In this document: positions 31,459 through 42,175 of the stretch, in pieces | Layout: the number at the start of each line of letters is the position of its first letter | Numbering within the stretch: position 1 is the stretch's first letter | DNA from: an uncultured Nitrospinota bacterium | GTDB lineage: Bacteria; Tectomicrobia; Entotheonellia; J063; CAVPRW01 | Direction of reading: 5' to 3' | Assembly (NCBI GenBank): GCA_963707985.1 | Contig: CAVPRW010000014.1 | Coordinates: forward strand, 250,869-314,868 | DNA length: 64,000 bases | Program-made: the position numbers and the translations under genes | Notes under the pieces: model-generated | The model's input: only the letters and a program-made list of their open reading frames with translations | What the model was told of the DNA's origin: nothing | The model's database searches: none

Positions 31459-33087
31459 TTATTCGTGCAGCCAATCCGGGTCACCTGGATGCTTGAGGTC
31501 CCACAGTGGCCGCCGGCTCTTGACCGCGGGAATCGTCTCGAAGTTGTAGGCGGGAGGTGGAGACGTCGTCGACCACTCAAGTGTCCAGGCATCCCATGGG
31601 TCGTTCCCGGCCGGTGTGCCCCGTCGCAGCGAGACAATCACATTGACTAGGAATACGATGAGTGCCGCGGCCTGTATGGGCACGCCGAGTGTGGCAACGA
31701 GGTTCCACACATCCCAACCGCGGTCAGCCGGATAGGTATAAATGCGCCGCGGCATGCCGAGGACGCCAGCGAAATGCAGGGGGATAAAGGTCAGATTAAA
31801 GCCGATGACGAAGAGCCAGAAATGCCAGCGGCCCAGTCTATCGCTCAACATCCGTCCCGTGGCTTTCGGAAACCAATAGTAGATTGCCGCGAAAATGGTG
31901 AACACCAGGGCACCAATCAGGACGAAATGGAAATGCGCCACCACGAAGTAGGAGTCGCTCAGCTGCCAGTCGAAGGGGGCAACCGCCAGCATGATTCCAG
32001 TTAGTCCTGCACACAAAAACTGGAAGAGGAAGGCCAGACAAAAGAGCATCGGTATCTCAAAGCGGATGCGCCCACCGTAAATCGTCCCCAACCAGTTGAA
32101 GATCTTGACCCCTGTAGGCACGGCCACCACCATCGTGGAGGCTGCGAAAAAGGCATTCGGCATGCTTCCCATCCCCACCACGAACATATGATGGGCCCAG
32201 ACGCCCATGGAGACCACCCCGATACCGATCGTGGCCGCCACCATCATCGGATAGCCGAAGATCACTTTGCGCGAAAACACGGGGATGATCTCCGAGGCAA
32301 ACGCGAAGCCCGGCACCATCAAGACGTACACCTCGGGGTGACCGAAGAACCAGAAGAAGTGTTGCCAGAGAACAGCCGACCCACCGGCCTGGGTATCGAA
32401 AAAGTGTGAGCCTAAAAAACGATCGAGTAGGAGCATGATTTGGGCGGCGGACAACGGAGGGAGGATGATCAAGGTCATGCCGGACACTACCAGGAGCATC
32501 CACACGTAGAGGGGCATGCGCCCGAGCGTCATGCCGGGACACCGCATGGTCAGGATGGTGGCGACCAGGTTCACGCTCGTCGCGATGGTTCCCACGCCAC
32601 TGACCAGGATGGCTAGATTCCAATAATCAGTGCTGTTACCCCGGGAGAAGGCGCGACCCGTCAGCGGTGAGTAGGCAAACCAACCGACATCTGGCGCCGA
32701 GCCGGCGCCATACAGACCATCACCGGCGAGATAACTGAAGTACAGGAGCAGGCCGCTGAAGAGCAAAAGCCAGAACCCAAAGGCGTTCAGCCGCGGGAAA
32801 GCGAGGTCGCGCGTACCGATCATCAATGGCACCAGGTAATTGGCGAAGCCGAACACGATCGGAATGCCAACGAAGAACACCATAGTCGTGCCGTGCATGG
32901 TGAACAGACGGTTGAAGACTTGCGGCGACAGCATGGTGTTCTCTGGAAAAGCCAGCTGTAAGCGCATCAAGGTGGCTGCAATACCGGCCACCAGGAGAAA
33001 GATGAGACCGACGCCGACGTACATGATTCCCAGACGCTTGTGGTCGACGGTCACGACCCATTCGTGCAACTTGGCCAGGATGGGCAC
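31459..33087 (-). CDS. ctaD: Cytochrome c oxidase subunit I, A1 type (true start may be the out-of-frame ATG at 33140)
   Basis: TVDHKRLG, TMHGTTMVF, AFPRLN, FGHPEVY, VWAHHMF, VVAHFHFV, GMPRR. Confidence 0.97.
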   Translation of the reverse strand: MPILAKLHEWVVTVDHKRLGIMYVGVGLIFLLVAGIAATLMRLQLAFPENTMLSPQVFNRLFTMHGTTMVFFVGIPIVFGFANYLVPLMIGTRDLAFPRLNAFGFWLLLFSGLLLYFSYLAGDGLYGAGSAPDVGWFAYSPLTGRAFSRGNSTDYWNLAILVSGVGTIATSVNLVATILTMRCPGMTLGRMPLYVWMLLVVSGMTLIILPPLSAAQIMLLLDRFLGSHFFDTQAGGSAVLWQHFFWFFGHPEVYVLMVPGFAFASEIIPVFSRKVIFGYPMMVAATIGIGVVSMGVWAHHMFVVGMGSMPNAFFAASTMVVAVPTGVKIFNWLGTIYGGRIRFEIPMLFCLAFLFQFLCAGLTGIMLAVAPFDWQLSDSYFVVAHFHFVLIGALVFTIFAAIYYWFPKATGRMLSDRLGRWHFWLFVIGFNLTFIPLHFAGVLGMPRRIYTYPADRGWDVWNLVATLGVPIQAAALIVFLVNVIVSLRRGTPAGNDPWDAWTLEWSTTSPPPAYNFETIPAVKSRRPLWDLKHPGDPDWLHE

Positions 33088-33157
33088 CTGGACTGGTGCA
33101 GCCTCGTAGCGCGGTTGAGTGTGTCAGAGATGCCGTTCATGGTGTCCCTTCCCCAGG

Positions 33158-34282
33158 CTAGCGTAGCGTTAGCAGGTACGTCACCAGCTGGTCCAGGTCG
33201 TTGCGTGACAGTTTCATCGCCGGCATGCGTGCCCCAGGTTTGAGGGTGTCAGGATCGTTGATCCAGGCACGCAGGTTTTCCGGTGTGTTCTTGGCTACCC
33301 CTGCTGCCAGGGTTGCACGACTCATCAGATGCGTCAGATCGGGCCCGAACAGACCATTGGCGGGCGTGCCGCGGACGGTATGACAGTTGATACAGGCCAC
33401 AGACTGAAAGATCTCGCGCCCGTGGCGTACCCCTGGGTCGTCGATGGCCGGTGCCTGCTGCATAGTGATCCATTGCGTAAACTCATCCCTGGGATGCACA
33501 ATCACGCGCAACAGCATGCCGGCGTGCTGAAGACCGCAATACTCGGCACACTGGCCGACGTAAAGTCCCGGTGTGTGCGGATCGATCCACACGCGGTTGG
33601 TTTTGTTGGGGATGACGTCCATCTTGCCGGCCAATTGGGGCACCCAAAAACTATGAATCACGTCAGCCGACTCCAAGGTGAGGAAGATCGGTGTGGGGTT
33701 TACCGGATCGCTCGCCGGCACATGCAGTTCGTTGGCGGTGATGATCCCGAGCTGTGGGTAGCGAATCTCCCACCACCATTGATGGCCGACGACAGTGACG
33801 TTGAGGGTACTCGGTGTCGCTTGGAGGCCCTCAATGCCGAAGATATAGCGGGCCGTGGCCAGGAACAGGATGACCACAATCAGAACGGGCACGACCGTCC
33901 AGGCCAGTTCGATCTGGTTGCTGCCATAGATCTGCGGCGGTTCACGGCCCTCATCCCCTCCGCGACGCCGGAAGCGGACCAGGCTGTAGGCGAGCAACCC
34001 ACCGACGACGACGAAGATGACGGCACAAATACCCAGGACAAAATACGATAAGTCGCGGATGCCAAACGCTGGCGTGGAGACCGGGGCAAAGATACTGGGA
34101 GTCGACACTGGTCCATCATGACTAAGTGACTCCGTCGCGCCGACAGCGCTGGAAACTAGCGCCAGCAGACTGATGAGGGTCGCCATCGAGATCGCGCCCG
34201 CGACAGCCCAGAACCTCATGGGTTGGGGCCAATTGGCCACCCTCCGTGGCACCTCCTCGATGGATCGTGATGTGTGCTCCAC
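33158..34282 (-). CDS. ctaC: Cytochrome c oxidase subunit II with fused cytochrome c (caa3 type)
   Basis: GHQWWW, DVIHSFW, CuA motif CAEYCGLQHAGM, CINCH, GPDLTH; AGGAGG before GTG at 34282. Confidence 0.95.
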   Translation of the reverse strand: MEHTSRSIEEVPRRVANWPQPMRFWAVAGAISMATLISLLALVSSAVGATESLSHDGPVSTPSIFAPVSTPAFGIRDLSYFVLGICAVIFVVVGGLLAYSLVRFRRRGGDEGREPPQIYGSNQIELAWTVVPVLIVVILFLATARYIFGIEGLQATPSTLNVTVVGHQWWWEIRYPQLGIITANELHVPASDPVNPTPIFLTLESADVIHSFWVPQLAGKMDVIPNKTNRVWIDPHTPGLYVGQCAEYCGLQHAGMLLRVIVHPRDEFTQWITMQQAPAIDDPGVRHGREIFQSVACINCHTVRGTPANGLFGPDLTHLMSRATLAAGVAKNTPENLRAWINDPDTLKPGARMPAMKLSRNDLDQLVTYLLTLR

Positions 34283-34304
34283 CTCTGGTCTCCTCCTGCT
34301 TCGC

Positions 34305-37005
34305 CTATCGAGGTCCCTGGTGGTCTGTGGTGGCATCTTCGCCCATGCCAATCAAGATCTCGGCGATTAACCCGGTCCAGCCGGTTTGGTGGCTGGCACC
34401 ACAGCCACGGCCGGTGTCACCGTGGAAGTACTCATGGAAGGGGAGCAGATCGCGCCAGTGGGGATCGTTGTTGAACAGCTGGCAGGATCCGAAAACAGGT
34501 CGCTTGCCCTCCTGGTTGACTAGGAAAATGCGCGCCAGGCGCCGCGTCAGTTCTGCGGCGACCTGGCCCAGGGTTTTCATCTGGCCTGAGCCCTTTGGGC
34601 ACTCGACCTGGAACGTGTCGCCATAATAGAGATGGTACTGCTTCAGCGCGTGCAGGATGAGCAAGTTGACTGGCATCCAAATGGGCCCACGCCAATTGGA
34701 GTTCCCGCCAAAGAGGTTGGTCGTGGACTCGCCCGGCTCATAGTCCAACCGATACTCCTGCCCATCCAGGATGAGCACCAACGGATGATCCCGATGATAG
34801 CGTGAGACCGACCGTACACCATATGGCGACAGGAACTCGTCTTCGTCCAGCATGTACGCCAACATGCGCCGCAACTGGTCCGTTCGCACCAGGCCCAGGA
34901 TGACAGTGTCGTTGACGCCGGGAACAACCATCGGCTCCACACTGTCGATCAGGTCCGGCCGGTGCTGGATGAACCACTCGCGGCGGCGCTGGAAATCCGG
35001 GTAGCGAGCGAAGGTATCGGCCGGCACTGTTGAGGCACCAAACATGGGCACGAAGCCGACCATGGTGCGCGCGCGCACAGGAAAACGCCCGTGCTCGGGC
35101 GAGAACAGATCGGTCGTAGAAGAACCCATCTTCCTCATCCCAGAGCGACTGCTGCGCCTCGTGCCGGCTGTTCATGGCGTTGGCGATGTATATGTAGTGC
35201 TCCCAGAACTTACTGGCGATCCCCTCATACACAGGGTTGCGTTCGGCCAGCAGCAGCGCCGTTGACAACATGCTCTTGGCAAAAGAAGCCATCCAACTCG
35301 TGCCGTCGGCCTGCCCGAGCAGGTATCCAGGCGGGAGATGGTCGCGATCGAAGGCACCGATGTTGTCCATGCCCAGGAAGCCGGCCTGGAAGATGTTCTT
35401 ACCTTGCGCGTCTTTGCGGTTGACCCACCAGGTGAAGTTAAGCAGCAACTTCTGGAACACGTGCTCCATGAAGCCATAGTCGGCCACACCCGTGTTCCGG
35501 CGCTCGATCTCAAAGATGGCTCTTGCGGCCAAAGCTAGAATTGGTGGATTGACGTCATTGAAATCCCATTCATAGGCCGGAACCTGCCCGTTGGGGTGGG
35601 TGTACCACTCGCGCAGCATCAGGATGATCTGATCCTTGGCGAACTGCGGGTCGATGTGCGCCAGGGTGATGCCATGGAACCCCAGATCCCAGGATGCGAA
35701 CCACGGGAATTCCCACTTATCGGGTATCGAGAGCACGTCGCGCGTAAACAGGTGCGTCCACTCGTGGTTACGCCCTTCCCAGCGTTGGGGTGGCGGAGCC
35801 GGCTGAGCGGGGTCGCCCTCCAGCCAGTCCGTGATCACATAGTGGTAATACTGCTTCGACCATAGCATGCCGGCGAAGGCTTGCCGGGCGACCAGCTTAG
35901 CGTCCGCTGAGAGCGTCGACGGCAGCACGACACGGTAGAACTCATCCGCCTCCTCTTGACGCTGCCGCAGCAGCGCATCGAAATCGGCGAAGGGTGCCTC
36001 GAGCGGATGCTCGTCACGCATCGATGCCAGCCGCAGGTCGAGGGTGAGGGTTTCCCCAGCACTGATGCTACAGCGATACCACGCAGCAGCTTTCGTGCCG
36101 CTGGCGGCCGGGTTCACGGCTGTATGCCTGCCATGCACCACACAGGCATGGAAGGCATCCTTGACGTAGGGCGTCAGAGATGGAACCCCGTACAATCGTT
36201 CGTTGTTGGTCTCATTCTCGGTAAACAGCCACTCATGAGCCTCGGAGCCGTAGAGGATGTATTCGCCCAACTCCCAGTGCCTGGCGATGACGGAATTTAT
36301 CCGGCTTTGTGGGCGATCCGGCCCCACCCCTGCGGCAATCGACGGTCGCCGCTCATCGCGTCCCCAACTCCAGGTATTGCGGAACCACAGCGTCGGTAGC
36401 ACATGCAGCAGTGCCGCCTCGGGGCCACGATTACTGATGCTGATGCGGATGAGAACGTCTTCCGCCTGGAGCTTGGCATATTCCACCCCCACGTCGAAAT
36501 AGCGTCCCTCGTCGAAGACACCGGTGTCGACCAGCTCATACTCCATCTGGAGCCTGCTCCGCTGCCGATTCTCTGCGAGCAACTGATCGTAGGGGTATGC
36601 AGCCTGCGGGTACTTGTAGAGATACTTCATATACGCATGGGTCGGCGTATTGTCCAGATAGTAGTAATACTCTTTGACGTCCTCGCCGTGGTTGCCCTCG
36701 CCGCTGGTCAGGCCGAACAGCCGCTCCTTGAGGATGGGATCCCGGCCGTTCCAAAGCGCCAGGGCAAAACACAGATATTGGTGCCGGTCGCAGATGCCCG
36801 CAAGACCATCCTCGTTCCAACGATAGGCCCGCGAACGGGCGTGATCGTGCGGGAAGTAGTGCCAGGCATCACCGTCAGCACTGTAGTCCTCACGCACCGT
36901 ACCCCATGCACGCTCCGAGAGGAATGGCCCCCAACGGTTCCAGTGGCCCTTCCGCTGTTGATTCATGATCAGGCGCACGCCTTCGCGTGTCTCATAGATG
37001 TTCAT
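34305..37005 (-). CDS. GH63/MGH1-like glucosidase, copy 2, frameshift near 35110
   Basis: [49 protein letters not shown]; second frame carries NSNWRGPIW and [20 protein letters not shown]. Confidence 0.92.
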
Positions 37006-37052
37006 GTGCAGGTGATTGGTCGAGCCGCATGACGGTGTGGGGGGATCACTGC

Positions 37053-37655
37053 TTACCTCTCCTGAGCTAGTTGTCCAGGTCCCCGGAGCGTGGTGGCAAT
37101 CGCCTCGAGCAGGGCTCCCTCTTCGCCAGACACACCACTCCCGAGCCCAAGTATCTTGGCCAGACCACCGGACGCCTCCGCCACCTCATGGCAGGCGTGC
37201 ACGATGCGCTTGAGGCGCTCCTCTCGTTGCTCTGGCGGCAGAAGGGCAAGCCCCCCTCTAATGACCTCCATGGCCGTATCGAAAAGAGCATCTGACGGAC
37301 GCTCCTGAAGCCATTTGAGGAGCTGCGTATGGGCCGGAGAGCCGGTCTCGACGCCGCGAGCAGCCGCGAGGCGCATGACGGTGTCACGCTCCCGATCGGT
37401 AACATTCCCTTCGGCCCAGGCAACCTGCACCAGGGGTGCGAGAAGGAACGCCGGCCCAGTGTCGAGTGTCACGCCAAGCGCGATGACCCGGCGCAACAGC
37501 TCTGGGTTGTCCACCTGCAGGTGCTCCGCCAGCGCCAGCACAATCTCTTCTAGCTTGGCGTCCTCACGCAACCTATCGATCAGCTTGGCGTCCTGCGCGC
37601 GGAAGTAGCCCTCTTCCAGAGCACGCTCTCTTTCCTTGAAGCTATCCCTGTCCAT
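37053..37655 (-). CDS. Hypothetical protein, TerB-like helical fold
   Basis: DSFKERERALEEGYF, PLVQVAWAEG.V...ER, EVAEASGG..ILG...VS.EE; GGAG RBS. Confidence 0.75.
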   Translation of the reverse strand: MDRDSFKERERALEEGYFRAQDAKLIDRLREDAKLEEIVLALAEHLQVDNPELLRRVIALGVTLDTGPAFLLAPLVQVAWAEGNVTDRERDTVMRLAAARGVETGSPAHTQLLKWLQERPSDALFDTAMEVIRGGLALLPPEQREERLKRIVHACHEVAEASGGLAKILGLGSGVSGEEGALLEAIATTLRGPGQLAQER

Positions 37656-37840
37656 GGTTTCTCCTTCCGTCTCAACTTTCCAAAAGGTGACGATCTTCCC
37701 CTACGCCAGCACTCTGCCTGTCTTACGAGCCCTTTGTCAAGGAGAAGACAGAGGCCTGCCAGGGAGACACATCCAGATAGCATCCACGTGCCAGCAAATC
37801 GTTGCCCTCCCGATCGTACGTCGCGGTCCCGAGCATATCT

Positions 37841-37963
37841 TCAAGCCGCCATAGGCGTCGGAATGTCATTTAGCGTCGCCGGCCGGTGCAGGTCTGGGGC
37901 CAGCTCCGTCAACCAGACACGCGTATTGATCTGATATAGCGTAGGATACCGGGCTTGTGCCAT
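37841..37963 (-). pseudogene. Alpha-amylase (GH13)-like N-terminal stub, second copy
   Basis: MAQARYPTLYQINTRVWLTELAPDLHRPATLNDIP, then stop. Confidence 0.7.
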
Positions 37964-38006
37964 CGTTTTCACTCCCCACGGCACGCAACTCACCCGCGAT
38001 GAGTAC

Positions 38007-39284
38007 CTAAGGCTGCTTCGGTTCCCTATATCTGAGGTAATCCTGGACCGAGGTCTCGGCGACCAACTGATCGATCAGAATGACCTCTGAGGCGCCGGCA
38101 TGGCTCAACCAGTTGCGACCGGTAGCCGAATGGGACAGCGCTGAGATATACCCATTTGGATTAAGCGCCCGCGCCATCAAGGCAATCGACAGCTTGGAGC
38201 CCATTTTTTCGCCGCTTCTGATGGCGATGAGTACCGCCCTGGCCTGAGCGATGTGCGCCTCCTGAAGGGTCTGTGCCCGATCGGCCTGGCCTGCCACCAC
38301 CCGATACCCCTCCTGTGCTGCCCGCTGTACTGCAGCGGCATCCGCATCGATGACAACCAGCTCATGGCCGTCGTTCTGCAATGTCTGGGCGACGCGCTGG
38401 CCGAGCGCGTCGAAACCGACGATGATCACATGCTCCCGCAGGGTGACGACTGCCTCGGACGCCATACTGGCGGCCTTCCGGGTCTGGCTGCCGAGCGTGT
38501 GATAAAAACAGCCGATGATCGTGTCGGCAATGAGCTGCTCGGTGAGCGTTACGCTCGAGGCGCCGGCATACACCAGCCAATCGCGTAGCGTTTCGTCACT
38601 GGAGAGCGCGCCCACAAAGATCTGTGGCTGGAGGGCACGCGCGACGACCGTGGTCGAGAGCACTTGTCCGGTCACTTCCCCGCTTTCGAAGATCAGCAGC
38701 AACGCTTTGGCCTGCTGCAATCTGCTGCTGATCAGGGTGGTCTCATAATTGGCTTCTCCTTCCACCACCAGGAAACCGTCCTGTGCAGCTCTCAATGCGG
38801 TGTCAGCGCTGCGCTCGACGATCACCACGCGCTCCCCTTGTTTCTTCAACTCGCCAGCGACCAAGCGCCCGATACTGCCGTAACCCGCCACGATGACATG
38901 GCCGGTCACACGCCGCATCTCCCGCGCCGCCTTGCGGCTGGCACGGATCTGGAGCACTTGGGGATCGGACAGGATGCCGGGGATGGCGGAGAGCGCGTAG
39001 CCACCGACCATGACCAGCAACAGCATGCCATGAAGCAGGAACACCTTTTGCTTCAGGTTAAGCTCTGTCAGATCGCCCAAGGTGGTGAGCGTGTTGAACG
39101 CATTCCAGGTGGCGTTGAGCGCGCGCTCCGAACCTGGGGCCTCAGACTCGTCGAAGAGGTACAAGCCGCCCGCGGAAGCGAGAATGGCCACCAGGAACAG
39201 GCTCACGGTTTTCAGGAACAATAGGCGGAAGTGCCACAGCTTCTCCTTACCTTCTTTCGGTTCATAGACCTTTAATACTGGCAT
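38007..39284 (-). CDS. Two-TM ion channel with two TrkA_N (RCK) NAD-binding domains
   Basis: TM1, pore NTLTTLGD, TM2, HVIVAGYGSIG and HVIIVGFDALG. Confidence 0.85.
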   Translation of the reverse strand: MPVLKVYEPKEGKEKLWHFRLLFLKTVSLFLVAILASAGGLYLFDESEAPGSERALNATWNAFNTLTTLGDLTELNLKQKVFLLHGMLLLVMVGGYALSAIPGILSDPQVLQIRASRKAAREMRRVTGHVIVAGYGSIGRLVAGELKKQGERVVIVERSADTALRAAQDGFLVVEGEANYETTLISSRLQQAKALLLIFESGEVTGQVLSTTVVARALQPQIFVGALSSDETLRDWLVYAGASSVTLTEQLIADTIIGCFYHTLGSQTRKAASMASEAVVTLREHVIIVGFDALGQRVAQTLQNDGHELVVIDADAAAVQRAAQEGYRVVAGQADRAQTLQEAHIAQARAVLIAIRSGEKMGSKLSIALMARALNPNGYISALSHSATGRNWLSHAGASEVILIDQLVAETSVQDYLRYREPKQP

Positions 39285-39341
39285 AGCCGCATCCCTGCTG
39301 CCGGGGGGATGACAGCGTCTGAGAACCAAAAGTTGCCTCGC

Positions 39342-41399
39342 TCACTTCCTCCCCAGCAGCTCTTTTGCAACCGCTGCCACCCGGTCGGGCTCGAAGCCGA
39401 ACTTCTTTTGCAACTCCTTGAGCGGTGCTGAAGCGCCGAAAGTGTGCATGCCGATGACGCGGCCTGACGTACCGACATAGCGCTCCCAGCCGAGTGTCGA
39501 TCCCTGCTCCACCGCCACGCGAGCGGTCACGCCTGGTGGCAGCACGCTATCCCGGTAGTCCTGCGTTTGGTGCTCAAAGATGTCCCAGGACGGCATCGAG
39601 ACCAGCCGCGAGCGGATCCCCTCGGCGCGGAGCTTCTCGTGCGCCTCTGCGGTGAGGCTGAGCTCGCTGCCAGTGGCAATGAGAATCACTTCAGGGCTCC
39701 CACCAGGGGCGTCGGCCAGCACGTAGGCGCCGCGTGCCACTCCGGAGGCCGACGCGTACGTGCGGCGATCCAAAGTCGGTAGCGGCTGGCGTGACAGCGC
39801 CAGCACCGCAGGCTCGTGGCGCAACTGCATGACGTATCGGTAGGCCTCGACGACCTCGTTGGCATCCCCGGGCCGCAACGTGACTAATCCGGGAATGGCA
39901 CGCAACGACAGCAGCTGCTCGACCGGTTGGTGAGTTGGGCCATCCTCACCATCGCCCATGGCATCGTGCGTGAACACGAAGATGGCGGGCAGCTCCATCA
40001 CGGCCGACAACCGGATGGCGGGTCGTGCGTAATCGCTAAAGATGAAGAAGGTCGCGCCGAAGGGCCGTAGCTTGGATAGCGAGAGTCCGTTCACGATCGC
40101 CGCCATGGCATGCTCGCGGATGCCGAAATGCAAGTTCTTTCCGCCCGGACTGTCGGCCTGGAAACTACCCGCCCCCTCGTACGTCAGGGTGGTTCTATTC
40201 GACGGCCCGAGATCCGCCGAGCCCCCCAGAACCCAGGGGATATTCTGCGCCAGCACGTTGAGCACCTGCGCTGAAGCGTCTCGTCCCGCCAGGCCCTTCG
40301 GATCGGCGGGGAAGACGGGGAGGTTGCGGTCCCATCCAGCCGGCAGCGCACGTCGCTGCATCTGACCGATCTCGGTCGCGAGCTCAGCATACTGGGCCTG
40401 ATACGCCCCGAAGAGCTCCGTCCATCGGCGCCGGGCTTGCGCGCCGCGTGTCCCTACCCCCGCCGCGAAGTGCTCGTAGACGTCATTTGGCACCAAAAAC
40501 TGGGCATCCTCGGGCCATCCATAGCTGCGCTTGGTGAGACGAATTTCTTCGTCACCAAGCGGCTCACCATGCGCCTCCGGCGTGTCCTGCTTGTGTGGGG
40601 AGCCATAGCCGATGTGGCTGTCCAGAATGATAAAGGTGGGCCGCTCCTGCGTCTGTCGAAACACCTCCAAGGCGTGCTCGATGCGCTCGACATCGTTGGC
40701 ATCGCCGATCCGCAGGACATTCCATCCGTACCCCAGAAAGCGGGCCGCAATGTCTTCCGTAAAGGTGATATTGGTGTTCCCCTCAATGGTGATGTGGTTG
40801 TTGTCGTAGACCCAGCAGAGGTTATCCAGACCCAGGTGCCCCGCCAGTGATGCCGCTTCCGACGCGACGCCCTCCATCATGCAGCCGTCCCCACAGACGG
40901 CGTAGATGTCGTAGTCGAAGATCGCAAAACCCGGCTGGTTGTAGCGATGGGCCAACCATTTCTGGGCGATCGCCATGCCCACACTGGTGGCGACCCCTTG
41001 CCCGAGAGGACCGGTCGTGGTTTCTACGCCCGACACCCAGTGGTACTCCGGATGGCCTGGCGCCTTGCTGTCGAGCTGCCGAAAGTGGCGGATATCATCG
41101 AGGGAAACCGACGGCTGGCCCAGAATCTCGTAGTCGGCCTCCACTGCTTGTGTCCTGGTGAGGTGGAGCACGGACCAGAGCAGCATCGAGGCATGGCCAT
41201 TTGAGAGCACGAAGCGATCGCGGTTGGGCCAGATGGGATCCTGGGGATCGAACCGCATGACGCGATTCCAGATCGTGTACACCAGCGGCGCCAGCGCCAT
41301 CGGCGTCCCAGGATGTCCGGACTTGGCCTGCTGGACCGCGTCCATTGAGAGCGTACGGATGGTGTTGATCGACAATTGATCCAATTGTTCACTGGTCAT
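39342..41399 (-). CDS. tkt: Transketolase
   Basis: SGHPGTPM, RDRFVLSNGHAS, TTGPLGQG, GDGCMMEG, FGIREHAM, GEDGPTHQP. Confidence 0.98.
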   Translation of the reverse strand: MTSEQLDQLSINTIRTLSMDAVQQAKSGHPGTPMALAPLVYTIWNRVMRFDPQDPIWPNRDRFVLSNGHASMLLWSVLHLTRTQAVEADYEILGQPSVSLDDIRHFRQLDSKAPGHPEYHWVSGVETTTGPLGQGVATSVGMAIAQKWLAHRYNQPGFAIFDYDIYAVCGDGCMMEGVASEAASLAGHLGLDNLCWVYDNNHITIEGNTNITFTEDIAARFLGYGWNVLRIGDANDVERIEHALEVFRQTQERPTFIILDSHIGYGSPHKQDTPEAHGEPLGDEEIRLTKRSYGWPEDAQFLVPNDVYEHFAAGVGTRGAQARRRWTELFGAYQAQYAELATEIGQMQRRALPAGWDRNLPVFPADPKGLAGRDASAQVLNVLAQNIPWVLGGSADLGPSNRTTLTYEGAGSFQADSPGGKNLHFGIREHAMAAIVNGLSLSKLRPFGATFFIFSDYARPAIRLSAVMELPAIFVFTHDAMGDGEDGPTHQPVEQLLSLRAIPGLVTLRPGDANEVVEAYRYVMQLRHEPAVLALSRQPLPTLDRRTYASASGVARGAYVLADAPGGSPEVILIATGSELSLTAEAHEKLRAEGIRSRLVSMPSWDIFEHQTQDYRDSVLPPGVTARVAVEQGSTLGWERYVGTSGRVIGMHTFGASAPLKELQKKFGFEPDRVAAVAKELLGRK

Positions 41400-41442
41400 G
41401 AGTCTCACCTCTGCGGTTGCCCAGCGTTTCGTGCGGACAGCA

Positions 41443-42156
41443 TCATGATTGTGGGGTCGGCTCTAACCCCGGTAGTCCCGCCGCCGCGCGGTCGGCAAGG
41501 AGTATGGCATGGTCCTGCCGCACCCTCCCAGCTGGAATCGTCCGATCACCATTACACAGGCGCACGAACGGTTCAGCCTTGTCACTCCCAGTCACCAACC
41601 ACAGGACCCGTCGCGACCGATTGAGCAGCGGATATGTCAAGGTCATCCGGCGCCGCCCCTGGTAGACCTCGGTCAGCGAGACGTCTGTGTCGGTGATATT
41701 GAGGACCGGATCCCCGGGGACCAGGGAGGCCGTGTGGCCATCGGGTCCGAGGCCCAGGTGGACCAGGTCCAACACCGGCGGCGTGCCAGCGATCTCCCTA
41801 AGAATTGTGGCGTATCGCGCCGCCGCCAACTCCAGGTCGGGCGCTTCCACCGGCATGGCATAGATCTGCTCAGGAGGTAGCGGCGCATGCTCAAGCAAAC
41901 TCTCGCGCAAATGGGTGAAGTTCCGATCCGGATCTCCCGTCGGGGCAACACGCTCATCTACCTGCACGATATGCACGGCTTCCCAGGGGACCTCTTCGCC
42001 TGCCAGGCGACGCAACATTTGCCAAGGGGTGTGGCCACCGCTGACCGCCATGATGAAACGGCCACGGGCCGCGACAGCCGCCCGAGCCTCCACGGCGATG
42101 ACGGCAGCAGCTTTTTGGGCGACGGCATCGGCATCAGCAAGTATTTCCATGTTCAT
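41443..42156 (-). CDS. pgl: 6-phosphogluconolactonase
   Basis: [31 protein letters not shown]. Confidence 0.95.
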   Translation of the reverse strand: MNMEILADADAVAQKAAAVIAVEARAAVAARGRFIMAVSGGHTPWQMLRRLAGEEVPWEAVHIVQVDERVAPTGDPDRNFTHLRESLLEHAPLPPEQIYAMPVEAPDLELAAARYATILREIAGTPPVLDLVHLGLGPDGHTASLVPGDPVLNITDTDVSLTEVYQGRRRMTLTYPLLNRSRRVLWLVTGSDKAEPFVRLCNGDRTIPAGRVRQDHAILLADRAAAGLPGLEPTPQS

Positions 42157-42175
42157 GAGAGCGCCTCCCATCCGG

